The notes: generated by a model from the sequence alone, not told the origin. A stretch of 42,810 bases of DNA from Desulfatiglandales bacterium (GCA_038252125.1 JBBSAR010000001.1:1-42810), one strand, 5' to 3'; positions 16,939-26,279 are shown, counted from the stretch's first letter. Made by a program: numbers and translations.

Positions 16939-18638
16939 TGACGGATAAGATCGATACGGAAACCATTCCTCTTACGCCGGAGTTGAAGAGAAAAAGAGGG
17001 ATTTCCCCTATCTGGATACTTCCGCTCATAGCCGTTGGAATTGCCGCCTGGCTTGTCTATAAGAGCCTGATGGATGCGGGAATCGACGTGAGTATCACCT
17101 TTAAGAACGCTCAGGGCATTGAGGCCGGGAAGACACAGGTGATCTATCGGGGAATGCCCATAGGTCTTGTAAAGAGCCTGCAGATAAACAAAGATTTCCG
17201 GAGCGTGGATCTGCACGTCCGGTTTGTGAAGGAAGCAAGAAACCAACTGACGAAAGGCACCCGGTTCTGGAAAGTGGAACCGGAAATATCCACACGGGGC
17301 ATTACCGGCCTGGATACGTTATTGAAAGGGAATTATATTACCATGATGCCGGGGGAAGGGGAGGAAACCGACCGGTTCGAGGCCTTGCAGGAACCCCCAC
17401 CTGTCAAGACCGATGCGCCGGGGCTTCATGTTAGTGCCCTTACTGACGGTTTAGGGGCCTTGAAGGTCGGAAGCGGAATCTATTATAAGGGAGTCAAGGT
17501 TGGTGAGATTAGCCAGACACATCTGAACGGCAACACCGATGTGACACTCGATCTTTTCATCTACAAAAAGTATAGTGAGCTGGTCAAAAAGACGACCAGG
17601 TTTTTTAACATCAGCGGGATCACATTTGAGGGGGGGCTTTCCGGGTTTACCCTGAAGGCTGAATCTCTGGAGAGTCTTTTTTTGGGAGGGATAAGCTTCC
17701 TGGATCCGGAAAAGGGGTCCGATACGCAAAATGCGGAAAATAATGATACGTTCAGTCTTTTTAAGGACAGGGACCGCGCGGAGCAGGAAGGCCGGAAATT
17801 CACCATTTATTTCAATGATGGCAATGGACTTTCCAGCAAGACACAGATCAAATACAGAGGGATGGACGTGGGGAGAGTTTTCTCCGTAGAGCTTGACGAA
17901 AAGACAAATGGAGTGCGAATCCAGGCCACCTTGCAGCAACAGTACCGGAGTTTTCTCAGGAAGGATACCCAGTTCTGGATTGTGCGACCAAAGTTGGGCC
18001 TGGCGGAAACCAGAAATCTGGACACCCTGTTTTCGGGCGCCTATCTCACCTTTGCTCCCGGCAAAGGCAAACCCGGGAGAACCTTTCAAGGACTTATTAG
18101 CCCTCCGGCAGAGATTTTTATCCGGGACGGCCTTCATGTGATCCTTGTATCTGAACGGTTGGGATCTTTGAAAAGCGGCGACCCTGTCTATTTCAGGCAG
18201 GTCAAAGTGGGAGAAGTAACAGACTGCCGACTTTCTGAAGATGCTACATCTACCCTGATCGGTGTAGACATCAGAAAAAAATATGCCCCCCTCGTGCGGA
18301 CCGCCTCCAAGTTCTGGAAAGCCTCAGGTCTTGATGTGGATTTCAGCCTCTTTACAGGGGCCAAAATAAAGACCGAGTCGATGGCGGCCCTCCTGGAAGG
18401 CGGGGTTGCCTTTGCGACCCCCGGGACCCCGGATGTGGAGGAAAAGAAGGAGGATAAAAGTAAAGGAGTTGTCTTTAACGGTTCGAAAAACGCCGAGAAG
18501 AAAAAGGTGGAGACGAAGATCGGAACACAGGTTTCGGGGAGCCTCGCGAAAAACGGGGCGAGGTTTCAGCTCTATGGCGAGCCCCAGGAAGAATGGCTAA
18601 AGTGGAGACCGGTCATTCCGCTTAACAAGGACAAATAG
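16935..18638 (+). CDS. pqiB: PqiB-like multi-MCE-domain intermembrane transport protein
   Basis: N-terminal anchor ISPIWILPLIAVGIAAWLVY, then three repeats of the MCE pattern (e.g. GIEAGKTQVIYRGMPIGLVKSL, LKVGSGIYYKGVKVGEI, LKSGDPVYFRQVKVGEV), and a K/E-rich tail. Confidence 0.9.
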   Translation: MMTDKIDTETIPLTPELKRKRGISPIWILPLIAVGIAAWLVYKSLMDAGIDVSITFKNAQGIEAGKTQVIYRGMPIGLVKSLQINKDFRSVDLHVRFVKEARNQLTKGTRFWKVEPEISTRGITGLDTLLKGNYITMMPGEGEETDRFEALQEPPPVKTDAPGLHVSALTDGLGALKVGSGIYYKGVKVGEISQTHLNGNTDVTLDLFIYKKYSELVKKTTRFFNISGITFEGGLSGFTLKAESLESLFLGGISFLDPEKGSDTQNAENNDTFSLFKDRDRAEQEGRKFTIYFNDGNGLSSKTQIKYRGMDVGRVFSVELDEKTNGVRIQATLQQQYRSFLRKDTQFWIVRPKLGLAETRNLDTLFSGAYLTFAPGKGKPGRTFQGLISPPAEIFIRDGLHVILVSERLGSLKSGDPVYFRQVKVGEVTDCRLSEDATSTLIGVDIRKKYAPLVRTASKFWKASGLDVDFSLFTGAKIKTESMAALLEGGVAFATPGTPDVEEKKEDKSKGVVFNGSKNAEKKKVETKIGTQVSGSLAKNGARFQLYGEPQEEWLKWRPVIPLNKDK

Positions 18639-18758
18639 TATAATGGGGGCGGAGGTTGATTTTGCCAGGAATTTGCACTATTGTTTTCTAACATTATTCA
18701 ATCCGATACCATAATAATGCGTTTGAAGAAATAGTGCGAGAAATGCGGGGATTTTCGA

Positions 18759-20156
18759 ATGGATAGGTTGCGTCAAAATCTCGAGGCCTTACTTAATCCC
18801 GAATCGGTGGTGGTTGTCGGGGCCTCCGAAAAACCGGATAAACTTGGTTTTCACGTTATGAAGAGTCTGACGCATGGAGGGTTTGCAGGAAAAATAATCC
18901 CCGTAAACCCGAAGGCTTCCGAAATCATGAAAATCAGAACATATCCATCTGTTTCCGACTATCCCGGGCCTATTGACCTGGCCATCGTGGTCGTGCCCGC
19001 CAAAGGAGTTCCGGCGGTATTTCGGGAATGTGCTCAGAAAGGTGTGAAAGGCATCGTCTTGATCTCAGCCGGTTTCAGGGAAATCGAGGATTCCTCCGGC
19101 GCCCTCCTTCATGATGAAATAGAGCGTATCGCCGAGGATGCGGGAATTTCCGTCATTGGTCCCAATACCTTTGGCATGATCAACTTTCATGCGGGCCTCA
19201 ATGCCTCTTTCACTCCGGAATTCTCGCTTTTAAAAAAGGGCGGCATCTGCCTTGTTAGTCAGAGCGGAGGGATCTCCCATCTTCTCGGTTTCATGGCCAT
19301 GCGTATGGATATGGGATTCAGCAAGATTATCGGATTAGGCAACCGCTTGAATGTGGATTTCCCCCGGATTCTTGAATATCTGATGAATGACAGGACAACG
19401 GAAGTGATTGTCCTTTATGTGGAAGGCATTGATGATCCGGCGGCCTTGCTGGGACCCGCCAGAAAATTGCTTGGCAGAAAGCCGATCATTGCCTATAAGA
19501 CGGGGAAAGGAACCACCGGCAACCAGGCATGCCTTTCTCATACGGGGTCCATGGCGGGAAGACACGAAATCTATACGGGCGCCCTGAACCAGGCCGGAGT
19601 GTTGATGGTTCATGACACGCAGGCTCTTTTGGATACGGCCAGGGCCATGGTTTCCTGCCCGGTTCCCGAGGCACGGGGAATGGCCGTGCTGTCCGGACAG
19701 GCCGGACCGGCCATGGCTGCCTGTGACCTTTGTGAGGATCAGGGGCTGGAGATTGTCCGGTTCACTGAGAAGACCCAGGAGGAAATAAACAGGTTGCTTC
19801 CTCCCCTGGCCCTGAGAACCAATCCCGTGGACATGGGACCGGCATGGTACGACTCCTCGGCCATTGAAGGAATTGTGGAAGCCGTTCTGGAGGACGGGAA
19901 TGTCGGGGGCATCCTTTTTCTCATGATGTTCGCGTCCGCCAACAGGGACGCGGTGAAGGGGATAAGCGGCCTGCTCAAGAAGTGGAGACAGAAAAAGCCG
20001 GTGATCAGCTGTATCCTTTCTCCTCCCGGAATCTGGGACGAACAGATAAAAGACCTGGAGGAAGCGGGGGCTCTCGTGAATTATCCCACGCCCGAAAGGG
20101 CTGCGCAGGCCATGGCAAACCTCTGGAAATACAGGAAATTGAGTAGGATGCGATAG
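18759..20156 (+). CDS. CoA-binding / succinyl-CoA-synthetase-like protein (ADP-forming acetyl/acyl-CoA synthetase alpha-type)
   Basis: LLNPESVVVVGASEKPDKLGFHVMKSL, IIPVNPK, DLAIVVVPAKGVPAVFRECAQKGVKGIVLISAGF, VIGPNTFGMIN and SQSGG...SHTGSMAG (phosphohistidine loop). Confidence 0.85.
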   Translation: MDRLRQNLEALLNPESVVVVGASEKPDKLGFHVMKSLTHGGFAGKIIPVNPKASEIMKIRTYPSVSDYPGPIDLAIVVVPAKGVPAVFRECAQKGVKGIVLISAGFREIEDSSGALLHDEIERIAEDAGISVIGPNTFGMINFHAGLNASFTPEFSLLKKGGICLVSQSGGISHLLGFMAMRMDMGFSKIIGLGNRLNVDFPRILEYLMNDRTTEVIVLYVEGIDDPAALLGPARKLLGRKPIIAYKTGKGTTGNQACLSHTGSMAGRHEIYTGALNQAGVLMVHDTQALLDTARAMVSCPVPEARGMAVLSGQAGPAMAACDLCEDQGLEIVRFTEKTQEEINRLLPPLALRTNPVDMGPAWYDSSAIEGIVEAVLEDGNVGGILFLMMFASANRDAVKGISGLLKKWRQKKPVISCILSPPGIWDEQIKDLEEAGALVNYPTPERAAQAMANLWKYRKLSRMR

Positions 20157-20166
20157 AGGGATGATA

Positions 20167-21093
20167 ATGGAATTGACATTCCTGGGGACAGGGGCCGCCT
20201 GGGGACTTCCGGAACTGGCCTGTGATTGCAAAACCTGTGAAACGATGCGGGCAAAACAGGAAAAAAGGACGAGGACATCGCTTCTCTTGAGGGGTAAAAC
20301 CACACTGTTGATCGACTGCGGTCCGGACGCAAGGGAACAGCTCCAAAGGCATGCGGTATCCCATATAGACGCGGTGTTCATCAGCCATGAACATAATGAC
20401 CACTACATCGGGCTCGACGAGCTTTTCGCCTACCTGAGGAACCGTCCTGATGGGACATTCGCGCCCATACCTGTTTTTTTGACGGAACTTACCTGCCGCG
20501 TTGTCCGTCAGCGATTCGCATACCTCGAGGACATGAAGGTAATAACGAACGAGATTGTTCAACCCGGAAGCTGGTTCAGGATAAAAGAATTTGAGGGGTT
20601 GCCTTTTGATACGGAACACGGTACATTTGCCAAGGGCTCAGTGGGATTTCTTGTTAGAATCGCGGAGGGCCGGGGCCGAACGACAAGCATCGTGTATACC
20701 TCCGACTTTAAAGATATCCCCGAAATGCCTGATGAATTGGTGGGGCCCGACTATCTTGTTATGCAATCCTTCTGGCTGAACGAACCCGTGCATAACCGAC
20801 CAAGCCATATGAGTTTTCAAAGGGCACTCTCTTTCATAGAGGTCATCAGGCCCAGAAAAGGCGTCTATCTGGTTCACATGGGGGATGCGGACATGATCCC
20901 TGGCGATCCGGCTAACCATTATAGAAAGAAGTATGAGCCCGTGGACCCTTTGAAATCTCCGATAAATGGGGAACCCTATCCTATTCCCATGAATCAGAAG
21001 GAATGGCAGGCGATCGTGAACCGGGTCGTTTCCGATCGCAACCTTCCTTACGACGTGACCGTCGCCTATGATGGGCTCACGGTTTCCATCTGA
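20167..21093 (+). CDS. MBL-fold metallo-hydrolase, PhnP-like
   Basis: MELTFLGTGAAWGLPELACDCKTC (Cys cluster as in PhnP), LLIDCGPD and ISHEHNDHYIGLDEL (H-x-H-x-D-H). The ATG at 20167 has GAGGG 6 nt upstream; the ATG at 20161 is also possible. Confidence 0.85.
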   Translation: MELTFLGTGAAWGLPELACDCKTCETMRAKQEKRTRTSLLLRGKTTLLIDCGPDAREQLQRHAVSHIDAVFISHEHNDHYIGLDELFAYLRNRPDGTFAPIPVFLTELTCRVVRQRFAYLEDMKVITNEIVQPGSWFRIKEFEGLPFDTEHGTFAKGSVGFLVRIAEGRGRTTSIVYTSDFKDIPEMPDELVGPDYLVMQSFWLNEPVHNRPSHMSFQRALSFIEVIRPRKGVYLVHMGDADMIPGDPANHYRKKYEPVDPLKSPINGEPYPIPMNQKEWQAIVNRVVSDRNLPYDVTVAYDGLTVSI

Positions 21094-21128
21094 TGAGGGC
21101 CGCTTTTTAGATTTTGAGGGGAGAAAAA

Positions 21129-21563
21129 TTGAAGAAACGTTTTTTAATGATCTTTTGTTTGATGTTGTTTTCCTTCCCGACCGCGAAGATTTATGCGCAG
21201 TGCATTAAAGGGGATTGCAGGGATGGGTATGGGGTTCTTGTCTTGCGGGAGGGATACCAATATGCAGGTGAATTCAAAAACGGCAGTTTTGACGGATATG
21301 GGACACTGGCGCATTGCAATGGAGGAAAATATGAGGGGGGATGGAAAAGAGGCCAGTACTGCGGGCAAGGTACTTTAATCCTTCCAGACGGTGGAAAATA
21401 TGTAGGGGGATGGAAAGACAGCCTTCCGTTCGGGAAAGGGACCTGGATTGTTTTAAGGCGAAGGAAGTTTCCGGGCGCCGAAAAAACTCCGGATCAAAAT
21501 AAAAACCTCACGCAGTCGTTATCCACAACTCCGTTTGAAATCCTCATTGGTGCTCCGTTCTAA
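21129..21563 (+). CDS. secreted MORN-repeat protein
   Basis: Signal-peptide-like KKRFLMIFCLMLFSFPTAKIYAQ is followed by three or four Y-x-G-x-(F/W)-K-x-G-x-x-x-G-x-G repeats (YAGEFKNGSFDGYG, YEGGWKRGQYCGQG, YVGGWKDSLPFGKG). The start is uncertain (TTG 21114, TTG 21129 or ATG 21147). Confidence 0.7.
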   Translation: MKKRFLMIFCLMLFSFPTAKIYAQCIKGDCRDGYGVLVLREGYQYAGEFKNGSFDGYGTLAHCNGGKYEGGWKRGQYCGQGTLILPDGGKYVGGWKDSLPFGKGTWIVLRRRKFPGAEKTPDQNKNLTQSLSTTPFEILIGAPF

Positions 21564-21572
21564 GCCCGATAC

Positions 21573-21602
21573 CCGTGAATAAATGGTATTCATGTGGTTT
21601 TT
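21573..21602 (+). terminator. candidate rho-independent terminator after the MORN gene
   Basis: CCGTGAATA-AATGG-TATTCATGTGG forms an imperfect 9-bp stem and is followed by TTTTTC. Confidence 0.4.
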
Positions 21603-21604
21603 CA

Positions 21605-21765
21605 ACCATGAAGAACAGGAAGGTCATGAAGAAAAAAAACTTCAAGGACAACCTAACGAGCCCGATGAAAACGCCGCGGAACAGGATATTCGACAGACGG
21701 TTGTGTCTTTTTTCCCGGGTGCTCTCATTTTCAAATGTCTTCATGCTCTTCATGTTCTTCATGGT
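21605..21765. repeat. five copies of the octamer CATGAAGA (2 direct, 3 inverted in a 9-nt tandem), including a 13-bp long-range inverted repeat
   Basis: CATGAAGA at 21607-21614 and 21625-21632. TCTTCATG at 21738-21745, 21747-21754 and 21756-21763. ACCATGAAGAACA (21605-21617) is the exact reverse complement of 21753-21765. Confidence 0.75.
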
Positions 21766-21767
21766 GA

Positions 21768-22946
21768 CTAGCCCGCGCCTATATCTATCACCTCCCGATA
21801 CAAACCAGCGGTTCTTTTGGCAGTCTGTTCTATTCTGAATAACTCATTAAAACGCCTTTTTCCGGCGCGGCCCAAAACTTCTCCTTGACCGGGTTCGTCA
21901 AATAACAACTGCAGTGCTTTGGACAAATCTTCCACGTCGCCGGGGGCTACGTGAAGTCCCGTTTCTTTGTGGCACACGATCCAACCCATTCCTGAGCCCG
22001 GTACGTTGCTTACTATAACCGGCTTTGAAAAAGTCATGGCTTCCAGCAAAACCAGTCCGAACGCCTCGGTTCTCTCTATGGAAGGCAGACAGAGGACATC
22101 ACAGGTGGCAAGAAGTCCCGTCCGTTTTTCATCGGATACGAATCCGATCAGTTCCACCCTTTCTTTCAGACCCCATGTTCTTACCAGGTTGTCCAGTCTA
22201 TCTTTCAAGTCTCCTTTTCCGACAATAAGCGTATGGGTTTGCGGAACTTTGGCAGCGGCTTTTATGAGGATCTCATGTCCTTTGTAATAGGTTAGTCTTC
22301 CGATCGCAAGCACCCGCATCTTTCCTGGTTGCCATACTTTCTCTGCCCATTCCAGTGCGCCGGCCCGCGGTTTTTCAAGCCTCTTTTCATTCAGACCAAG
22401 GGGAATTACCTGACATTTGTCTTGCCACTTCGAGAGCGCGGAACTGGACGAAAGGTATGGAGGCGTTGCGACAATAATCTGTTTGGCTTTTCCAAGGAGA
22501 TGTTGTTCAACCGGTCTATACACGGCAGCTAAATGTCTATTGATTTCTGAAAAAGTGACATCGGATTGCCATTGCACAATCCATGGAATTTTTCTTGCCC
22601 GGGAAGATAGTATAGCCCAGAATGCAGAAATATTGGGGAGGTGCATGTGAAGGATATGAGGTTTAAAATCCACTATCAGGCGCAGAAGATAAACAGGAAA
22701 GGCAGGGCTGATCGGTGCAAAGAAAATATTTCCGTAGGTCGACGCCCGATAGATCCTGTTTTCCTTATCTTGCCCATAGGCGCGCTTCCTCCCGAATTCG
22801 TGCCCATGAACCAATGCCGCTGTGGTGATGCCGCATTCTTCCAGCGCCGGCAGAAGATCGCCTATGAAATTTTCCATTCCTCCTACAAAGGGAGGATGAT
22901 ATTTGCCGATATGCAATACGCGCAGGGAGGGTTGAGGAAGGTTCAT
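21768..22946 (-). CDS. GT4 (group 1) glycosyltransferase
   Basis: LRVLHIGKYHPPFVGGMENF, and PSIERTEAFGLVLLEAMTFSKPVIVSNVPGSGMGWIVCHKETGL (E-x7-E). Confidence 0.85.
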   Translation of the reverse strand: MNLPQPSLRVLHIGKYHPPFVGGMENFIGDLLPALEECGITTAALVHGHEFGRKRAYGQDKENRIYRASTYGNIFFAPISPAFPVYLLRLIVDFKPHILHMHLPNISAFWAILSSRARKIPWIVQWQSDVTFSEINRHLAAVYRPVEQHLLGKAKQIIVATPPYLSSSSALSKWQDKCQVIPLGLNEKRLEKPRAGALEWAEKVWQPGKMRVLAIGRLTYYKGHEILIKAAAKVPQTHTLIVGKGDLKDRLDNLVRTWGLKERVELIGFVSDEKRTGLLATCDVLCLPSIERTEAFGLVLLEAMTFSKPVIVSNVPGSGMGWIVCHKETGLHVAPGDVEDLSKALQLLFDEPGQGEVLGRAGKRRFNELFRIEQTAKRTAGLYREVIDIGAG

Positions 22947-22954
22947 GGAAATGT

Positions 22955-23371
22955 CTATTCGTGTCTATGGGTTTCCAGGCGACCGGTCTCGCAGTGGCCT
23001 TTCAAAATGTCCAACTCCATTTTCAAAAGCCCGATCTCCTGAATCATGATCTTATTTTGATCCGTTATCTTGGAAATGATCACGGAGAGATGAATCAATA
23101 TGGAAATGATCGCGATGATCAGTATAAGAAATATGGCGGCAGGAGCATAGGCGATTCCGAGAACGTGCGCAATAATTTCAAGACTGCCGCGCCAGATGGA
23201 AAGAGCCAAAAAGATGATTCCGAAAAAGAGCCAGAGGATGGAAAATTCCTCTTTGATTTTTCTGTTTCGAATCAGCAGAATCATCAGTGCAATAAAGATA
23301 ATGCTCCCTATAATCGAGATATATTGAATGGTTGCTTCGCTAAAATTTGTCAGCATGGTCATCCGCCCCAT
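22955..23371 (-). CDS. DUF2304-like small membrane protein (GT2-associated)
   Basis: Three or four TM helices (ISIIGSIIFIALMILLI, ILWLFFGIIFLAL, APAAIFLILIIAIISILIHL) plus a C-terminal coiled tail. It has the typical position directly downstream of, and overlapping, a GT2 gene. The start is ambiguous (23371, 23362 or 23356). Confidence 0.65.
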   Translation of the reverse strand: MGRMTMLTNFSEATIQYISIIGSIIFIALMILLIRNRKIKEEFSILWLFFGIIFLALSIWRGSLEIIAHVLGIAYAPAAIFLILIIAIISILIHLSVIISKITDQNKIMIQEIGLLKMELDILKGHCETGRLETHRHE

Positions 23372-24086
23372 TTTTTACCGTGGTTCGCAATGCGCTTACC
23401 AGAAGTGCCAGTAACACCTTTATCATGTAATATCCAGATCTTATGCCTGTTATGGAAGATTTTCCTTCCTTTCTTTCCTGCATACGGACAGCAACTTCTT
23501 TTAACCTGAAACCGTTTCTGCCAAGCAGCAGCACGGCCTCCGGTTCCGGATAGTCTGAAGGGTATTGATCCGCCAAAAAATGAATAGCTTCTCTGCTATA
23601 GGCTCTGAATCCAGAGGTGTTATCGGTAATCTTCTGCTTTATGAGAAGAGAATTCAGCAGTTCGAAAATTTTGATTCCACCACGGCGCAGCAAGGTAGAT
23701 TGAAACCCTCCGGTTTTGCCGCAGAATCGCGACCCAATGGTGACATCCGCATCATGCGTCAAAACCGGCTCTAATAATGTTTTAATCTCTGAAGGAAGAT
23801 GCTGGCCATCTCCGTCAAATTGAAAGGCAATGTCATAGCCATTTCTCCTGGCGAATTTGAACCCGGACTGCACCGCTCCGCCAATGCCGAGATTGCAGGG
23901 TAGATTCAAAATGAACGCCTTCCCCGTGGATTTGGCGACAGCGCTGGTGTTGTCGTTTGAGCCATCATTCACAACAAGGATATCAATGGAAGGGTCGCTA
24001 TCCTTTATGGCGCCGATCACACGGGCAATACTTTTCTCTTCATTATAAGATGGAATGATTGCCAGGATTCTTATTTGCTTCGCCAT
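23340..24086 (-). CDS. GT2 family glycosyltransferase (polyprenyl-phosphate sugar transferase-like)
   Basis: RILAIIPSYNEEKSI...ILVVNDGSNDNT...FQFDGDGQH...TDNTSGFRAY is the classic GT-A DxD/DGDGQ pattern. The internal ATG at 24086 (MAKQIRIL) is chosen over the ORF-track start at 24173. Confidence 0.85.
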   Translation of the reverse strand: MAKQIRILAIIPSYNEEKSIARVIGAIKDSDPSIDILVVNDGSNDNTSAVAKSTGKAFILNLPCNLGIGGAVQSGFKFARRNGYDIAFQFDGDGQHLPSEIKTLLEPVLTHDADVTIGSRFCGKTGGFQSTLLRRGGIKIFELLNSLLIKQKITDNTSGFRAYSREAIHFLADQYPSDYPEPEAVLLLGRNGFRLKEVAVRMQERKEGKSSITGIRSGYYMIKVLLALLVSALRTTVKNGADDHADKF

Positions 24087-24212
24087 CCTAAAGACCCTTG
24101 GAGGAAAATGGAAACGCGTTGAAAACGATATCTTGTTCCTGTTTGAATCCACCCGTTGGTCGAATCCAGCCAACTCTGGGCAGATGTGGCCATTTCGGTT
24201 CCAACATGCATG

Positions 24213-26279
24213 CTACCATCTTTTTCTGAGGACAACTTCCGCTGAAATGGGGCCCCCTTCTATGGTACTGTACGTCCCGGGAATTTCGTAATGGTTGTTC
24301 GTCAGGTTTCTGACGGATATCTGAAGATCAAGACCGGGAGTCAAAATATTGCTATAGGTAGCGGCCATATCAAGGAGCCAGGCACCGGGGACCGTAGCGA
24401 AACTGTCTGCCCTGGGATAAATAAGCTGTGCGGAAGAATGGTATCCCAACCGGGCAAAGAGAGTCACGTTGTCCATGGGCCGCCAGGTTCCCGTCAAGTT
24501 AAACAGCCTTTTCGGACCGGTGTCATAGGGGAAGCTGAGTTGTTCGTAAGAGGGAGGGTCAAATGGATTTTCCTTGTATTTCAGGTAATTATAGGTCTCT
24601 TCAGGCCCGCTGTTATTCAAAAGGGTAAGATTGGCTGAAAAGCTCAATCGCTTGATGGGAAAAACATTGCCCATGAGTTCAACCCCGTAAATCTTCTGGT
24701 GGTTTGGTTCTGAAAGCCCCGCATAGGGATCTTCCATCAAATGGTTGTCAATCCGGCTGCTGAACCCGCCGACGGTCAGATTGACTTTTTCGGCGGGCTT
24801 CCAGGAAACTTGAAGATTCAGCGTTTCAATCTCCTCCAGATCCGGTTCCACCCCACTGACAAGTTGCTTTACATAGGGCGTGCGATAGGCTGTTCCATAC
24901 AACAACTTCAATACCCATTCAGATCGGGGGCTCCATACGACCCCCGCGTTGTAGCTCAAGGCATCCTTGTACTGATCGTGATTGTCGTTTCTCAAACCCA
25001 CCAGGAGGTCAAAATCGCCAATTTTGTGGGTATATTGTCCAAACAGGGACCAAAGCCGGGTATTATAGTCCTCCAGGGAGTAGAGAGGCAAGAGAACGGA
25101 GTCTTGCTGAGCAACGTAATCCGGAAAATAACTCCTCCAGAGTGGGGCGTCATTCACATCGGTCTTCCTGTAGGCCGTCCCTCCCGTAAAGATTCCTTTT
25201 CCCGAAAAAAAGGACCGGTCGTATATGAGTTCTCCATAAAGGGAGCTTTCCTGCTGTTCAAAGGTCCGGTCAATGATCTCGTATTCAGAGTTCCGCCAGT
25301 TATAATATCCGGTAAATCGCAGGCCTGAAGAGGAATCCAGGTCCTTGTTGGCTTCCAGTTTAACATATCCGAACGGCCCGCCCTTGCTCTCCGGCCAGGT
25401 GAGTTCCTGCGAACTGCTTTCAGAGGGACCGGTGATGGCATAGGGTTTTCTGTAATCCGATATTAGACCCGAAACCGAGAACCAGTCTTTGAACGCAACG
25501 CGACCCGATGCTTCGAAGTACCGGGACCTGCCTAACTGTTCTTCCCCGAAACGGTCTTCGTAAGGATAAGCATGCCCTCCGTCATCCCCCCAGAATCGAA
25601 CAATGTTGCAGGTTGCATCGTCTTCCTCGCCGGTTCGATCCCGTACGGAAAGGAAAAGATCCCAATCTCCCCCGTCGTGGCCCATATTGGCATAAGCCGC
25701 CGCCTGGTTACCCGGGGCGCCATACAGCAGGCCGGTCTCGACACCCTCAAGATCCTTTCCTGTCATGGGAACCACGTTTACGATGCCCGCGAAGGCATCA
25801 GGCCCCCAGAGCACGGACCCGGGCCCTCGAATCACTTCGATGCGTTTCACGGAAACCAGGGAAAGCTCATGATCAAGGGGTTGAAGGGATTTTGTGACAT
25901 CCGACCCCATAGGAACCGTATCATACAGGTATAATACACTATTGGGAATTCCCCGAAGAAAGGATTCGGATCCCCATTCCTTTTGAGCCATGTAGAAACC
26001 GGGTGTCTGTTCCAGCGCCTGGCTGAGGGTTCTGACCCCTTTCTCCCAGATTTCTTCCCGTGTAATAACCGTAGCCACGGCCGGCGCCTGCCACGCGTTT
26101 TCCTCCCGTCTTGACGCTATGGAGAGCACATCAATATCTTCCCCCACAAACATTAAAAGCGTATCGCTTTTCTTTGCACTTCCCTCTTCAACGGCGTATG
26201 CATACGACATTACGACAGAAATAAGAATTACGGCCACAAAAAGAAGAAGGGAATACCTTTTTAAATGCTTGGGAATCAT
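24213..26279 (-). CDS. TonB-dependent outer-membrane receptor
   Basis: Signal peptide MIPKHLKRYSLLLFVAVILISVVMSYAYA. Plug motifs VITREEIWEKGVRTLSQALEQTPGF and RIEVIRGPGSVLWGPDAFAGIVNVV. A long beta-barrel region rich in Y/G/N follows, with a terminal aromatic (..LRKRW). Confidence 0.85.
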   Translation of the reverse strand: MIPKHLKRYSLLLFVAVILISVVMSYAYAVEEGSAKKSDTLLMFVGEDIDVLSIASRREENAWQAPAVATVITREEIWEKGVRTLSQALEQTPGFYMAQKEWGSESFLRGIPNSVLYLYDTVPMGSDVTKSLQPLDHELSLVSVKRIEVIRGPGSVLWGPDAFAGIVNVVPMTGKDLEGVETGLLYGAPGNQAAAYANMGHDGGDWDLFLSVRDRTGEEDDATCNIVRFWGDDGGHAYPYEDRFGEEQLGRSRYFEASGRVAFKDWFSVSGLISDYRKPYAITGPSESSSQELTWPESKGGPFGYVKLEANKDLDSSSGLRFTGYYNWRNSEYEIIDRTFEQQESSLYGELIYDRSFFSGKGIFTGGTAYRKTDVNDAPLWRSYFPDYVAQQDSVLLPLYSLEDYNTRLWSLFGQYTHKIGDFDLLVGLRNDNHDQYKDALSYNAGVVWSPRSEWVLKLLYGTAYRTPYVKQLVSGVEPDLEEIETLNLQVSWKPAEKVNLTVGGFSSRIDNHLMEDPYAGLSEPNHQKIYGVELMGNVFPIKRLSFSANLTLLNNSGPEETYNYLKYKENPFDPPSYEQLSFPYDTGPKRLFNLTGTWRPMDNVTLFARLGYHSSAQLIYPRADSFATVPGAWLLDMAATYSNILTPGLDLQISVRNLTNNHYEIPGTYSTIEGGPISAEVVLRKRW

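Noticed and set aside
19335-20381. 348-aa ORF antisense to the CoA-ligase-like gene and the MBL gene start
   Set aside because: The translation is Pro/Arg/Gly/Ser-rich, it spans two real genes on the opposite strand, and it has no motifs. It is a shadow ORF. The same reasoning applies to 11149..11871, 16698..17246, 17451..18137, 31810..32427 and 36623..37210.
21544-21838. Calling any of the three overlapping small ORFs (21544..21762 minus, 21583..21771 plus, 21575..21838 plus) as a CDS
   Set aside because: The openness in several frames comes from the repetitive CATGAAGA/low-complexity sequence. None has a convincing RBS or a recognisable family. The region is reported as a finding instead.
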